The notes: generated by a model not told the origin, from the letters alone. Positions 1-13,333 are shown, numbered from the stretch's first letter. The stretch is DNA of 57,384 nucleotides from Phyllosticta citribraziliensis (GCF_038025025.1 NW_027117346.1:1860001-1917384); one strand, 5' to 3'. Numbers and translations: made by a program.

Positions 1-2336
1 GACTTAGCTCATCGACGAAGACCTTTGTAATCCACCACGGGGAAAAGCTGGCACCGTTTTCGACAGTGATTTCCCGACAAGCTGCAGTTCCGATTGCACT
101 GATGCAGTGCAGCATGGTCCGAGTTTCAGCCTTGGGAAATCGGGATGAAATGTGTGACAGGAAGTATGCGAGCCTGTCAATCACCGTCTCATTGGTCACA
201 GGGCAATCGCCGTACTGCTTGTTCGCCTGCAAGGCAGCTTCCTGGTAATGTGTCCCATTTTCCAGCCAGACGGGCGTCGACAGGGGTTGCAGCAGGCTCC
301 GAACGTCGTGCGTAATAATCTTGTAGACCTCCTCGTACCCGCAGCCGGGCAGCTCGCTCTCCAGGATCCTCTTTGGATTTACAAAGGTGACCCAGTCCAT
401 CCACATTTGATTGCGATTCTGGTCAATCATGAGAAGAGCCGCGGCGGCGTGAGCGGCCTGGTTGGCCCTCAGCATGCGGTGAAGCAGTTGAGCAAAGAGC
501 GTTGCGGGTTCCAGCCTTGCTTCCAAAACGTGGATCGGGTGGCCCTGGAAAGTCTTGCTAATGTGCTTGTACAAGTCGCGCGCAATGTTGTTGAAAAAGT
601 TCATGACAACAGGAGGCGTCACTTGCAATGTAAGTCGAGATACGAAGCGAATCATCTTTTGGTACATGAGCCAATCACATTCTCGAATCCAGGGAGCCAT
701 GTTTGGGTGCGCAAGCAGCTTTTGGACGGGAACAGTCAAGGTGCCATGGAAGGAAGTGAATAAACGGAAGAATTGCTTTTCCTTGCAAAAGCGGATGCAG
801 TCCACCAACGACGTGCAATGGGTACGATACAAGGCGGTCAGGGCATTGGCGGCGTCGACGTCGGTCTTTGGGGGCGTGTAGTCGTGGATGTTTGGCAGCT
901 CAATCGAATCATTCTCCTGAAAGGAATCCTCGTCAGGGGGTGGGAATTTCAGTTCGTGCTCATACATCATGGAAGTCTGTCTTGCGGTTCCGTATCCGGG
1001 AACCAGCGGTTCAGCAAAGGCGCGGCCAGTCGAGGGCATTCCAGTACTTTGCGGTTTGGGTTGCTGTGTTTCGACGGGTTGCTCCTGGCCAGGAAAGGCG
1101 GCAGTATCCGCAGGTAGACGGGGCATAGTGCTGCACAACCAAGAGTCAAAATCAGAGACGAAGGATCAACAATGACGACACTTACTTGAAGTCCATGGTG
1201 ACGGTTTGCGAGCCATGCCTCGAATGAGCAAAGTCGGCGCTATGTGCGCTGCCAGTGCGCTCAAGGTCGTTTCCATCGACGGGGTCGTCGACGAGTGCAA
1301 GGTCCACGTAATGGTATTTGGATTCCCCCCTGACGCCCAGCCGTCGAGTCGCAATGCCTGGAAAGATGACGCGGACAAGCTTTCCAAAGGAAGCAGGATT
1401 GAGCGGCTGGACCCGTTCCGTTGCGCACCGGTCTGCGTATTGCGAGTAGACTCGATTCCTGGGAACTGACGTCTTTGCGTGTTTGCACGTTGACCTCAAC
1501 CTGCAATGAGCGGTCAGTAAAAACGGACGGAGAAGAGAGAGGGGAGCATGTCGCACCAGAGCATTGCAAACAATTGTTTGGATTTTTCGGCACGGGATGT
1601 TCGTTCTGTCCGGAGAACTTCGTCGGCGACATCCTTGAGAGATCGGCCATCTGCTCTGGAGAGCATCTCACGCAGCTCCTTGTCGTTGGTAGCACTTGCT
1701 GTGGAGCCCTTTTTCTTCTTGTCGTCCGTCTCTGCCCCGCTGGCAACGGCGGTTGGCGCATGCGAGTTGTTGACGAAGTCGGGTTGGTGTTGGAGGTGCA
1801 TGTAGGGGTTCGGAGGAGCGTGGTGGTATTGAGGATCGGGAGTATGCTGCGGCATCATGTGGTGATGAGGTTGCGGAGCGTACGAAGGCATGACCGAGTT
1901 GATCATGATGCTGTCCTGGCCGCCCAAGGCGTGTGCAGCGTGGAGGAGAGACTGGTCCATGGCGCCATATTGCATGTGGGCGGGCTGCGAGGCATGCGGC
2001 ATGTGCTGGGAGTGGGACAGCGGATGTTGTTGTTGTTGCTGTTGGTGTTGATGCTGCTGGTAGTGATGGGGTTGGAAGTCGTTGCTATGGTCCTGGGTTG
2101 TTGCCGACTGGATGCTGGTGGTTGAGGCGCGCGACAACGGTCGCTGGCTGGCCTTTGTTGAAACGGACGTGGTTGATCGTGACCGACGTCCATGACCAAG
2201 GGATTGGAGGTTGGACATGGGCGGGAACTGCGATGCCTGGGGTTGTTGGGTGAGGGTCAGAGCAATGTTTACATTGATTGGGACTCGACTCGGGCCCTCT
2301 CTTGGGGGAGGGGGGTCCACAAAAAAGACTGACCAT
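1..2336 (-). CDS. RFX-family winged-helix transcription factor (CPCR1/RfxA/Sak1-like); 3' end lies beyond the left edge of the window
   Basis: Exon 3 (1500-1186) encodes the RFX DNA-binding domain (SVPRNRVYSQYADRCATERVQPLNPASFGKLVRVIFPGIATRRLGVRGESKYHY). GT-AG introns at 2333-2237, 1556-1501 and 1185-1131. The N-terminus is Q/H-rich, and the frame is still open at base 1 (...NGASFSPWWITKVFVDELS). Confidence 0.93.
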
Positions 2337-2554
2337 GGTGCGGACGGCGTCGCAGATCAAGTAGGCGACTGCGTCGATCGTGGAGGACGCGACGACTGAC
2401 TCGAGGCCGGTTCCGAGGATGGGAGGAGTGAGAAGCGATTGAGGACAGACTCCAGGGCGGCGGCGGAGGGGGGCGAGAGCGGCGTGGACGTGGGAGTGGG
2501 AGCGGGCGGGCTGGCACGCAACGCAGCAACGGGTGAGGAACGAGCCGGTGGGCA

Positions 2555-2585
<31 letters not shown>

Positions 2586-3272
2586 CGAGGGCGAGGAGCG
2601 ACGGGCGAGGGAGGATGGGCCCGGGCAGAGTTGCAGGAAAAGAGACAGAAGGAGGGAGAGTGTCGTTGGAGGATGAGGAGGGGAGAGAGAGAGAGGAGCG
2701 CAGATGTATGTGTTGTGTGGTTGTGTGGTTGGCATAAACAAAAGCCCTCCCAGCAACGGACGGCAAGCTAAGGTACGGTAGGTACTGTACCGTCGGGCGG
2801 CACGTGACTGGGATGTTTACACCCCCGGCCCGGCCTCCAGGCTCCGTGGCTAGTGAGAAGTCAGCTTAGCCTTCGGCACCATTGACTGACGGCCCAGGGT
2901 CTGCCCCGTCACCCAGGCAGGCAGGTCTGAGGTGGTGAGGTGAGGGAGGACCAAGTGGTTGCCCGCGCTGTCGCAACCTGGCGACTTGAAGCTGCTCTGC
3001 CCTGCCCTGCCCTGCCTGCTCTCGGGTGCTCTCTGGCCCGCTACCTTACTACCTACCTACATTACCCTAGCTACATAGCTGTGACGGCGACCCCTGCACT
3101 GAGGTGAGCGAGTGGGTGCACTGACCGTGCCGCACCTTCCAAACCTCATCCTTCCGCCCTCCACCTCGACACCTCTTCTCTTTTCCTCCCCCATCTGCCA
3201 TCTGCCCACCTTCTCCTCCACCACCACCACCATCACCACATCATCATCACCATCCCTCCGTCTGCACTCACC

Positions 3273-4170
3273 ATGTCTTTCCAAGAAAAGGCCCAGCACC
3301 AAATCTCCCAGCTCGACAAAGAGGTACGTCGCCCGCCCGCCCGCCTGCTGCACGGTCGCTGGTCCGGACACGCTGCGCCTTCGTCATTACCTACGCCCTC
3401 GCAAACCTGCCTGCATCCTCCATCGTGCCTCGCTGATCCGCTTGCCTGCAGCTCTCCAAGTACCCCGTCCTCAACAACTTCGAGAAGCAGACCAACGTCC
3501 CCAAGGTCTACGCCATCCTCGGCGTCGGCGCCCTCTACTTCTTCTTCGTCTTCTTCAACATTGCTGGAGAGTTCCTCGTCAATGTCGCCGGCTTCGCCAT
3601 TCCCGGCTACTACTCGCTCGAGGCTCTCTTCAGCAACACCAAGGCCGATGACACCCAGGTACGTGCTTGCTCTCTCCTCTGTGAAATGATACCCTCGAAT
3701 TTCCGCTAACGTCGCATCTTTGCAGTGGCTGACGGTACGTCCTCGACGAGACAAGCTTCTGACCCGCCCTTGGCTGCAGTCCCGCTAACATGTTTGATTT
3801 CTTGCTAGTACTGGGTGACTTTTGCCTTTTTCACGTAAGTCTTGCCTCGCTCGCCATGTCGCTCCTCCCGCACTGACTGACTGTATCAAAGCGTCTTTGA
3901 GAGCATGGTTAGCGCCGTTTACTGGTTCCCCTTCTACTACACTTTCAAGTTTGTCTTGATCCTGTGGATGGCCCTGCCCCAGACCAGGTGAGTCTTCGTC
4001 GCTCGCCCTCAACTGCGCAATCCGCCCCCTGTACTGACAACAACAACAATAGCGGTGCTCAAATCATCTTCCGCTCCTTTATCCAGCCAGTCTTCTCCCG
4101 CTTCTTCACTCAGGGCGGCTCGACCGCCTCCAACCTGCGCGCCACCGCCGACCAGGCCAAGTCCGAGTAG
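3273..4170 (+). CDS. YOP1: Yop1/DP1/REEP5-type ER-shaping protein (TB2/DP1/HVA22 family)
   Basis: Exons 3273-3323, 3453-3658, 3726-3734, 3809-3834, 3892-3987 and 4053-4170 splice to MSFQEKAQHQISQLDKELSKYPVLNNFEKQTNVPKVY...DDTQWLTYWVTFAFF...WFPFYYTFKFVLILWMALPQTSGAQIIFRSFIQPVF, which carries the diagnostic DDTQWLTYW motif. Confidence 0.96.
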
Positions 4171-5111
4171 AGCGCTCGCGTGTTTCTGGCTCTTGCGCTG
4201 GTTGAATTAGTCTTTTATTCACCCACGGCCCGCGTTCCGGACTGGCAAACAATTTTGACGGAATTTTTGGTGCCAATACAAGTGTTGCTCCAATTGGCCC
4301 TGAACCATCTGGAGGGCGTCGACTTTGGTCACGCGAGGAGGAGCGAAGCTGTACTGCTACAGAATGGCATGTATGTGAGGACTCATTACGACTGCCTCGG
4401 ATAGACTGTCTCGGAATAATGACATTGGACGTGTGTATTGTCTATTTGCCTGGCTCTTTCAATACCTCCCACTGTTTCGCCTGTCTCGACATTGCTGCTG
4501 TCGGAAAACGAGCCTCAAAAAGTGACACGGGCATCGAAGAATGATATCGCTCTGCCGTCATTGGTCGCGTGCCCCGAGCTCCATGTACCGAGCCATGATC
4601 GATAAGGTAACCTTCCATTGGGCACACCTGACGGAGCCAGCCCGACGGGGAACACCTCGTCCCGGTCACGTGCATCTGGTTTCACGAACCAAATGCAGAA
4701 AGCCGACTAGCAAGAATAGGTAGGCCACAAAGGGTCTTGTTTCAGCACGTCCCGGACGATTCCAACATATTTTGTCTGCACTGTCTGAACCTCTCAAGTC
4801 GTTGATGGCAAGAATGCAGCGCCAAAACGCGTCCCTGGCCATCATCTACCACGTCAAGACTAGCACAAGCCGAGAGAAAAAGTAGCCACGAACATGTGAA
4901 GGACGATCAAACGGGGAAAACAAGGAGGGGACGTCCTGGCGGGGGCGGCGACGCCGGATGTTGAGGGGCGAGCTGCAATCCGATCCGACGTATGCATGCA
5001 GGCTCAATCAGGAAATGGACTGAATGAATGAATGAATGCTCTCTCTCTTTCTCTGCGCTGCTGGACACGTCGGGTCTGCCAAACCACGTCGACTTCAAAG
5101 TGGCACATGTA

Positions 5112-5221
5112 GGCAGGCAGGCAGGCAGGCAGGCAGTCGGCAGGCAGGCAGTCGGCAGGCAGTCGGCCGACGACAAGACGTCGTGGACGAACGGCCGGCA
5201 AGCAGCAGCAGCAGCAGCAGC
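5112..5221. repeat. (GCAG)n and (GCA)n microsatellites
   Basis: ggcaggcaggcaggcaggcaggcagtc... at 5112-5163 and (gca)7 at 5201-5221. Confidence 0.85.
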
Positions 5222-5605
5222 TACCCTCACTACCGCTGCATTAGTCCCCACCGCGACGTGCAGTACCTACGTAGACAGGCACTGCAGAGAATCAAAACAA
5301 GCATATGGAGCGGTACGGTACGGCAGACGGGTGAGCTACAGAAAGTTTATCGTATCTAGATGGATGATGGGCCCTCTGCGTTCGAAGAGGACGAGGGAGT
5401 CCAAGACGACCATGGGTTCCACCCATCATCCATCCACCTTGTGCCACCGCCGCCGCCACCAACGGGTGCGAGCATGGACCAGCTGCCACCGACTCAAGCG
5501 GCGTTTGGCCTGTTGTTTTGCCCCTTGTTTCATTCGTCCAACCGCTTGCTTAATAACCCGCCCAAGGAGCTCCACCAACAGCTTTGGCGGCGCCGCCGCT
5601 GGCGA

Positions 5606-5650
5606 CAACAACAACAACAACAACAACAACAATAACAATAACAATAACAA
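5606..5650. repeat. (AAC)n/(AATAAC)n microsatellite
   Basis: caacaacaacaacaacaacaacaacaataacaataacaataacaa is directly visible. Confidence 0.9.
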
Positions 5651-6168
5651 ATCTCAGGGCACATGGCTGGCTCGAAAATACATGACATCATGTCTTTGAT
5701 GAGAAACAAAGCCAAGGTCATTCACGTTCAAGGCTCCCGAGGAAAAGAAAGAAATTCAAATGTTCTTCGACCTGACTAGACCGCAGTGTAGCTACGAAGG
5801 AGTCTCCTTCTCCCTCTCCCTTTTTTTTTTTTTCCACCTCTTTTTTCTTTTTTCTTCTTTTTCCCCCATGTGCTGCTTTGTTTGCAGCTATCTGCCAACC
5901 CTTCCAACCCAGCCTTGCCTTCGGGTGATTGTCGGGAGCCAGATGTGTCTGAATTCGCCAGTCGTTAGTCCATCATGCTGCGACTCTTCCCTGACTGTGA
6001 CGGAACCCTGTTGTACACATTCAATCCCCGCGCAAAACTTTTGGTGGTCAATCGCAGCAACCAGTCCGCAGAGCAGTGCTCCTGCTCAGAATCGAACTTT
6101 CGTTTCCCGCCCTTGTCGCTCCTCAATGTCAGTCCCCTCGTCTTTTACGCTGCTTGGCATGCATTGGC

Positions 6169-8990
6169 TCAAAGAGCAGCATCGTCGACAGCCATGGCCC
6201 CGTTGTTGTCCGCAGTCAAATCAGCCTCGCCGTTTGCTGCATCGACAGCACCATTCGTGTCCAGGACTGCGGCCGCTGCTGCCGCCTCCTGCTCTGCTTG
6301 TTCCACAGCCTTGGCCTGCTCTGCCTCCAGTGCCGCAGCCATCGCCGCAGCCTTGGCTTCAACGGCCGTCTCGCCGACGATTGATTCTTCAACGGCTGCC
6401 TTTCTCCTGAAGACCCTTGCCCAGCGCTCGCCCCATGCCTTGACCAGCTTGCCCATGTCCTCGTTCAAGCCGTTGCTGCCGTCCTCTTCGATGAACTGGT
6501 CCGCGGCTCCACCGGCAACGCCCGTCACAGCATCGTCAATAAAACTGAAGAGCTGCCTCATAGCCTCGCGCTCCTTGACCAGCACTTCATCCAGAGTCTG
6601 CACCTGCTCGGCAGGAAGTCCACGCTGCAGCTTGGCAGCCACAATCTGGCGGACGCGGTTGGTGACTTTGCCCACCGTATTGGCGACCATCTCGTACACC
6701 CAGCTTTCGGCAAGCACCCTGCCTGCGTTCAGACGGTCGCTCAGCGCCCATTGCACGACGCTCAAGGGGCTCAGGATCGTGTAGTTCAGCAGCTTGTCGA
6801 CGATATTGACCGCGATGCCAGGCTGCGCGCTCCAGTAGTCGAATACAGACGAAATGATTTGCCTGCGAGCTGCTTCAGAGGCCGGACCGACGCCAAGCAA
6901 GCGTTCCTTGCAGCGTTCAATGCATGAGAGCACGTGCGAAAGAGACTTGGAGCCGATGTAGCAGATGCAAGTCATGTACGCATCCGTCGATGGGACCAAG
7001 GGATCAGCGACGCCATGCTCGGCTGCCTGCTCGTGAATTTTGTTGATCACTTCCTGGATCTCTTCTTCCGGAGCCTTCTTCTTCAACAGCTGCAGGAGCT
7101 CGCGGCCTTCGGCGGCGTAGGGAGTCTGGTCCGACTCGTACTTGAAATCGGGCGTGTCCTTGTCTTTTGACTCGGGAATGAGGTTTGGCCACTCCGCGGG
7201 GAGCGTCTCACGGATACGCTTTGCAAAGCTCAGGCGAATTTCCTTGTCCAACGCGCCGTTGATGAATGCTTTGCGCGGGTGCAGGTCAGATGCTGAAGCG
7301 TCCTCGGACCATTCGATCCACTTCCAGCGAAATTCAAAATTGCTGAGATGGTGCGCGAACCAGTCCATGTAGCGATACGAGATTTCCATGTCCATGGCGT
7401 CCAAGTGGCGGAAGAGGAAACGAATGGCACGTCCAAGACTGGGTGCAACGGCTGCGGGAGCAAGTTTGCAGGACTCTGTGATCAGGGAGTGGTAGTAAAC
7501 CAGCTTGTGTTCCGCAGATGGGAGAGACAGGATCTGGGAGAAGACGGCGTCGACGGCAATGTCCTCAGGCTTCCAGGTGGGTTGGTCTTCCGGAATGTCC
7601 TTGATCTTGTCAAAAGGCGTGGCGCGCTTCACGAACGTTTCGGGGGCCCAGTAGCAGTCCATCTCGAGGAGGAACTTGGCACAAGCGTTTCTGTTGAAGT
7701 CGAGGATGTTGATCGTGTCAACGAGCGCATCCCGGAGGAGGCACGAGGCGATGTCGGAGGTTCGGGGGACCGTTTCGACGTCTTGGTCGGCGTAGAGAGA
7801 AAAGTAGGTCTCGGGGAAAAGAGGACGGGGTCCAGGGTTCACAGGCGATGGAACCGTGATTGCAGGGAAACTGTGTTTAGTGGCCGTCTTCTCCTCGTCG
7901 ACATTGCCTTCCTTCTCTCGCTTGACGTAGACTCGCGGAATGCATGCGAGCTTCCAACCGCGCGAGGCCTCTTTCTGGAGCTGTTTCTGCAAAATTCCAA
8001 TTAAGCTCTGAAAGCCAAAGGGCTTGTCTTCGGTGTCGCCTGGGTATGGGTCGACGAGAGGCTCCAGGGCGTGCGGCGCAGAAGCAACGATTTCTGTCCT
8101 TTCGAGCATGTCAAGAGCATTTTGCTCCTGGCCAGGCGCGGCGACGATGACGTACGGGATGGTGAGGAGGATGATCTTGACAAGTTCCAAGCCAACGGCC
8201 TGTTCGACATGTTAGCACCCCAGTTTTACGCGTTCAACTGGATACTTACGTCTTCGGACGACGCAGCCTGCAAGTCGACGGCTCTGCTGAAGAGCTCTTC
8301 GAGAACCGAGAAGACTCCTTCTCCATCCTCAAACAAGCCTTGGAGACAGGCAAAAAACCGCAGCACAAGCTTGAAGCCGCGCCAGTTTCCAGCCTCCAGC
8401 TTCTCTTGTGCAACCTGGCGCGCTTCCTCCAAAACTTCCTTGACCAAATCCGGCTTGGTGTCGTTGAGGTACAGAATTACGGCTGCCGTGAAGGGGATCT
8501 TGAAGGGCTGTTCTCCGACGCTAGGAGCAGGTCAGTCGTGCTCATGAGTGAAAGGGCTTAGACACGCACAGCTGGACCGTCAAGTGCACAAACGCCGACC
8601 TGAAGTCCTCATCTTCGGCGTTGTCAGATGCAATGCGGGAAATGTCTTGGGCATCATCCTGCGCATCTCTGGCAGGCTGTTGGATCGAGCGTCAGCAAGC
8701 AGCGTCGCCGCAGATGTGTTGGAAACCCATGTTTCGGTGGACTTACCGACTCGGCGATGGTCAAAAGCTGTCTGCGCAGCTTCAAAACCGACGACTCTTC
8801 AATACGGCGGCGCATGGGAGCATGCCTGCCCTCACGACGGTCTTCGACCTCATCCTCTGCGAAAAGTCAGCATGGCGCATGGCAAGGTGATGTGGGTGCT
8901 CTCTCTCAACTTACCATCGTAGCGACCACGCTTGCGCTTGTTGCGGTTGTAGAAGCGACCCGAGGGGCGGCGATCGTCAGCATCGGCCAT
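6169..8990 (-). CDS. STO1: Nuclear cap-binding complex large subunit CBP80 (NCBP1, MIF4G-like domains)
   Basis: N-terminal basic NLS (MADADDRRPSGRFYNRNKRKRGRYD). Conserved segments include LKLRRQLLTIAES, EQPFKIPF, YYHSLITESCK, DWFAHHLSNFEFRWKW, KEIRLSF and IGSKSLSH. Introns at 8914-8857, 8746-8677, 8569-8521 and 8249-8200. An alternative upstream in-frame ATG lies at 9347. Confidence 0.94.
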
Positions 8991-10841
8991 TTCGACGTCT
9001 TGGTCGGCAAATCGATGTCGTCCTGGCCGGTAGAAATCACCCTTGGTGTTGGATAAGGAAGGGTACCTGTCGCGTCGGGGAGCTTGCCTGCGGTTGCGAC
9101 GGCTTCGCGGGCCCGTTGGAACGCGGATGGGGCGCTGCGCCAAGCCGCTAGTCGTGTTTGCACTGTTTGCACTGTTTGCCCCACGCCCTGCCTCACCATC
9201 GTGCAGGACCATTTTATCGAGCAGCTCTTCAGCCAAACCCGACGCAACATCTTTTTGGAGGGCCCGATGCTCTGCCGCAACCTCTCTGATGTCTAGATGG
9301 TATGTTGATGCATCCTGGTAGGCAATGCCTTCCATCAAAGACGCCATGATCTGGCCTCCAAGTTGGCAGTGGCTCCAGTGAGATGTAGAGCGTCGAGATC
9401 ACGGCTGAATGAATTGGTGTGTTTGCTTCAGTGTTGAAGATGTGATCCAAGTGAGAGGTTGAAGTAAGAGGACGTTGGGTCTGTTGGATGATGGCAAAAG
9501 CAGCTTGGCCGACTCACTCCAGGAGCCACAGCAAGACTCGAAGTGAAGGCACAGTATCCATGCAAGGCGTTGTGGAGCTGCAACGGAGCTGGTGTTTGGA
9601 GTTGGTGTAGTTGTGCCTCGAGGTGTAGGCTTTTATACACATTGTCCAAACCCCAAGTCCGCGTGACAGAACCACGGGCAAGCGAGCAGCCTTCAACGTG
9701 AGATAGTGCCAATCGTCAGCGCGGATCAAGAGTCAGGTGCCATGTCGAGGCCACAAAAAAATGGCAAAGAATATTGATAGTAATATGACATGTGAACTTG
9801 GAGACTCTTTGGAGCGCATGCCTAGATAGCGGCCTCGGCGTTGACAAGAAGCACAAACAGAGGTCCAAGATCTGTCGTTTCGTTTCGAACAGAGTCAGAA
9901 TAAGCGTGGACCAGAAAACAAGCAGCCCCCTCCCCTACAACAAGATGTCCTGCAAGGTTCTCTTCCCTTGGTCAAGCTAGACGCGGGTTTGGGACGAGAA
10001 TGGTCGAGTCCGACGTTATTTTTTTGGTGAAGCCTAAAGGAGACATAGCGATGAAAGTTTTCCTCTTGCGCTGTCAATGTTCAAAACAATCGGGAGGGGC
10101 CGCTCACGGTTTCGTTTTCGGGATGACGGGGATGAGTGATGAGCCAGACGCAGCAGAAATAAAAAATGAAAAGAGAAATGAAAAAGGATATTGAAATCTA
10201 CCACCATTGGCCATTGGTATTCCACTCCCCGTTACAGCAGCTTACGAACCACGGAAAACCCGAAGCCTTGCCCGCCACGACGACGTTCAGATGATATCCT
10301 CCGCGATTCTCGATGAAAGTTGAAGGAAAAGAGAAAAGAGAAAAAAAAAAGGGGGATCCCGCTGGTGGAAAGGCGCCGAAGAGGGAGACTAACAACGACA
10401 AGAAGGTAGGAAGTTAGGGCCCGCCGCGACCAAGAGAATAGGCCTCGTTTTGGAGGCCAGCAAACCTTGACTTCTCTCAGCCATTGTTATGCCACCGCGA
10501 AGCCTTCGATTTCTTTGACCGTCTCCGAATCCATCCACGTGAACTGATGGGCTGAAGGAATAACATCTACGCAGCGGGCCAGAGCATGTGTAACTTGGCA
10601 AATCAAAAAAAGGCCGCTCAAACGGTGTGATGCATGACGAAGTCCGCGACTTTTGGAGCTGTCAGTCCGGAGAGAGGCAGTACGTGTACCGAAGCGCCCT
10701 CTGCATTTTGATGCCCGGAGGACGATGGCTGTCGACCCTGTTCCCGCGAGGAAAGCAATGAGTCGGGGCCGCGAAGAGAAAATGCCGTGCCAAATCAATA
10801 AAACACATAACATGACCTCATGACGCATGCCAGCGGGACCT

Positions 10842-12461
10842 CTAGTCCAATCGAGCCATCATCTGATCTTTCGTGAGTGGCTTGAAATCGCCCGCATCAA
10901 TGTCGAGTCCCCGGGCTGCCAGGGTCGCGCGCATGTGTTGCGGAACAAGCTTGTTGTTAAGTGGTGGCGCGATCGAAAGTTCTGCAAGAAAGGAGAAGAG
11001 GAAAATTGTTAGTCCGCTTCCAAATACACACGGGGCCAGCTCACCGTGGAGGGTAAAGTCAAAGAGATTGGGGAGCTCCTTGACAGCGCCATTGGGGTGA
11101 CGAGAGTCCGGAAGTCTCGTGTTGGGGTCCCTCAACTCGTCAAAGAAGGGGTGGACCATGGCATCGATTGCGGAAAGCCTCTGGGTGGGCGTGTACTCGA
11201 GAAGCTTGGAAATGAGGTCGATGGCGTTGGGGTCCGCTTTACGGAAAACCTTATAAGCTGGTGAGTTTTGCTCGTTTTGCAAGATTGCCTGGCCGCTCGT
11301 CCGTACCTTGTTGAACGGATGGGGTTTGATCTGAGGGAACTTGTGCTCCATGTAGTTGGGATTCATGGTGCGAATCTGGTCCCGGGTCGGCGTTCCTAGG
11401 ACCTTGATGATCTCGACCAGCTGGTCAATTCCGGATTCTCCCGGGAATAAAGGCTGGCCGAGCATCAATTCGGCCATGACGCACCCGGTGGACCATACAT
11501 CTGGCAAGAACGCGAGGCTTTAGCGAGTCCATCACCATGGGAGCAGGGGCGTTTTGAGCTAAAATTACGATGACGTACCGATCTTCGTGGTGTAGTTTGT
11601 TGCGCCGAAAATCAGCTCCGGGGCCCTGTAGTACCTCGAGCAAATGTACGAGACGTTGGGCTCGTTCTCGACCAGTATCTTTGCGCTGCCAAAGTCACAC
11701 AGCTTCAGCACGCCCGTGTTGGGATCAAGGAGGAGATTCTGGGGCTTGATGTCCCGATGGCAGATGCCCTGGGAGTGGATGTATGCAAGAGAGCGGAACA
11801 ATTGGTAGATGTAGAGCTTGACCTCGAGTATCGGCATGACCGTCTTCAACTTGTTGAAATACCTCGAGGCGCGGTAGACAGTTTCTGGGACATATTCGAG
11901 AACGAGGTTGAGGTAGACTTCATCCTTCTGTCGGCGGAGGATAGTTAGCAAAGGAGGCACCTCGGCTGGGTGCAAAGCAGGCCAGGCAGGGCAGGGCGGG
12001 GGGTTGCCTTCTTACCCGTTCGCCGTTGTTGTAGAAAAAGGCCTTCAATTCCACAATGTTGGGGTGGCGCACGATGCGCATTATTTGGAGCTCGCGGTTC
12101 TGCGTGGTCACGGGTCAGTTGCTCGAGGCGTCGTGGCGGAGAGGGGTTGGAAAGCAGATGGATGGGTGGATGGGAGCGAACCTTGAATCGCTTGTCCTGC
12201 AGGACCCTCTTGATGGCGGCGTCTTCGCCGCTCGGCGACAGCTTGGTCTGGAAGACGACGCCAAAGGAGCCATTGCCAACGATTTTGCACTGAGTGTAGG
12301 CCAGGTCTCTGTACTCGCCAGTCACGCCGTCCTGCACCTTTTCGCGTATCACCTCTGGACGTGGGGGTTAGCAAGGCGAAGCCGAACACGGTCCGACTGG
12401 TTGTTGTGTCCTTACCACCCATGCGAAGGCTCGAAAAAGCCGATGGCCGATTTTGCGACAT
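10842..12461 (-). CDS. GSK3: Glycogen synthase kinase 3 (CMGC/GSK family)
   Basis: [67 protein letters not shown]; activation loop [15 protein letters not shown]. Six GT-AG introns. Confidence 0.97.
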
Positions 12462-13333
12462 GGCAACGACGTTGAGAATTGGAAGGGCGTCAGAAGGGGC
12501 GAATTGCTATCGCGGGGACGGCGAGTCCGAGCAGAGGAGCGGGCGGGATGGTGGTGGTTGCTCGGCGATGGAGTCCGTCGTGGGCGACAGGCTACGGGCA
12601 GCGACGCGAGAGCGTTGGGGTTGCCGGCGAAAGGAGGGGCGTTGAGAGATGGCGGCGGGCGGGAGGCGGAGCTGACGGGATGGCTTTGGCGCTCGCGGAG
12701 GGGGCGTAGGAGCGACGGCGGGACGACGACGGTGGTGATGGCAGCGGCGGCGGCGGCGGTCGAGGTGAGTGTTGTTGTTTTGGTGGGTGCCGGCGTGGAT
12801 CGAGGGCCGTGGCCGAGAGGTGGAGGTGTGAAGTTGGGCTGCGGAGTCTGTGTGTCGTGTGTTGACTCGGTGGAGAGCGGGCAGCTGGAGGGCAATGCAG
12901 GTGTTGTGGGGCGGGGAGGGGGTGCCTGTCCGTGTGCACTGTCGGTAGGGTAAGGTACAGTAGGTCGTCTCTGGTGGATTGACGGGCGGACGAGGCTGGG
13001 ATCAGAGAGAGGAGACGGCGACGAGGAGGGAGGGAGAGGAGGGAGAAGGCGCGAGGACGGGTAGGGAAGGGTTGAGTAAGTAGGTAGGTACTGTATGTCG
13101 CAGGGCAAACAGTGAAATGACAAGTGCACTGGTGACGCGAGAGAGGGCGGCCGAGAGGGAGAGAGAGAGAGAGCGAGAGAGAGGGAGCTGGTGCGAGAGG
13201 TGCGAGGCCACGCTAACTTTTAGGTGCGCGTGAGCGTGGTCAATCCGGAAAAGTACGCAGGCCGCTTGACGAGCAGAAGACAGGACCACGACCGACGACA
13301 ACGAGGGGGGGGGGGAGGGGTGGCCTGGGTCAA

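Noticed and set aside
5028..5699. 223-aa ORF with poly-A and poly-N runs
   Set aside because: It is kept open by microsatellites between two convergent 3' ends and has no recognisable domain.
12368..13129. Pro-rich ORF or N-terminal extension upstream of GSK3
   Set aside because: It is out of frame with GSK3, and the GSK3 frame has a TAG 16 codons upstream of the ATG. The region is a pyrimidine-rich leader.
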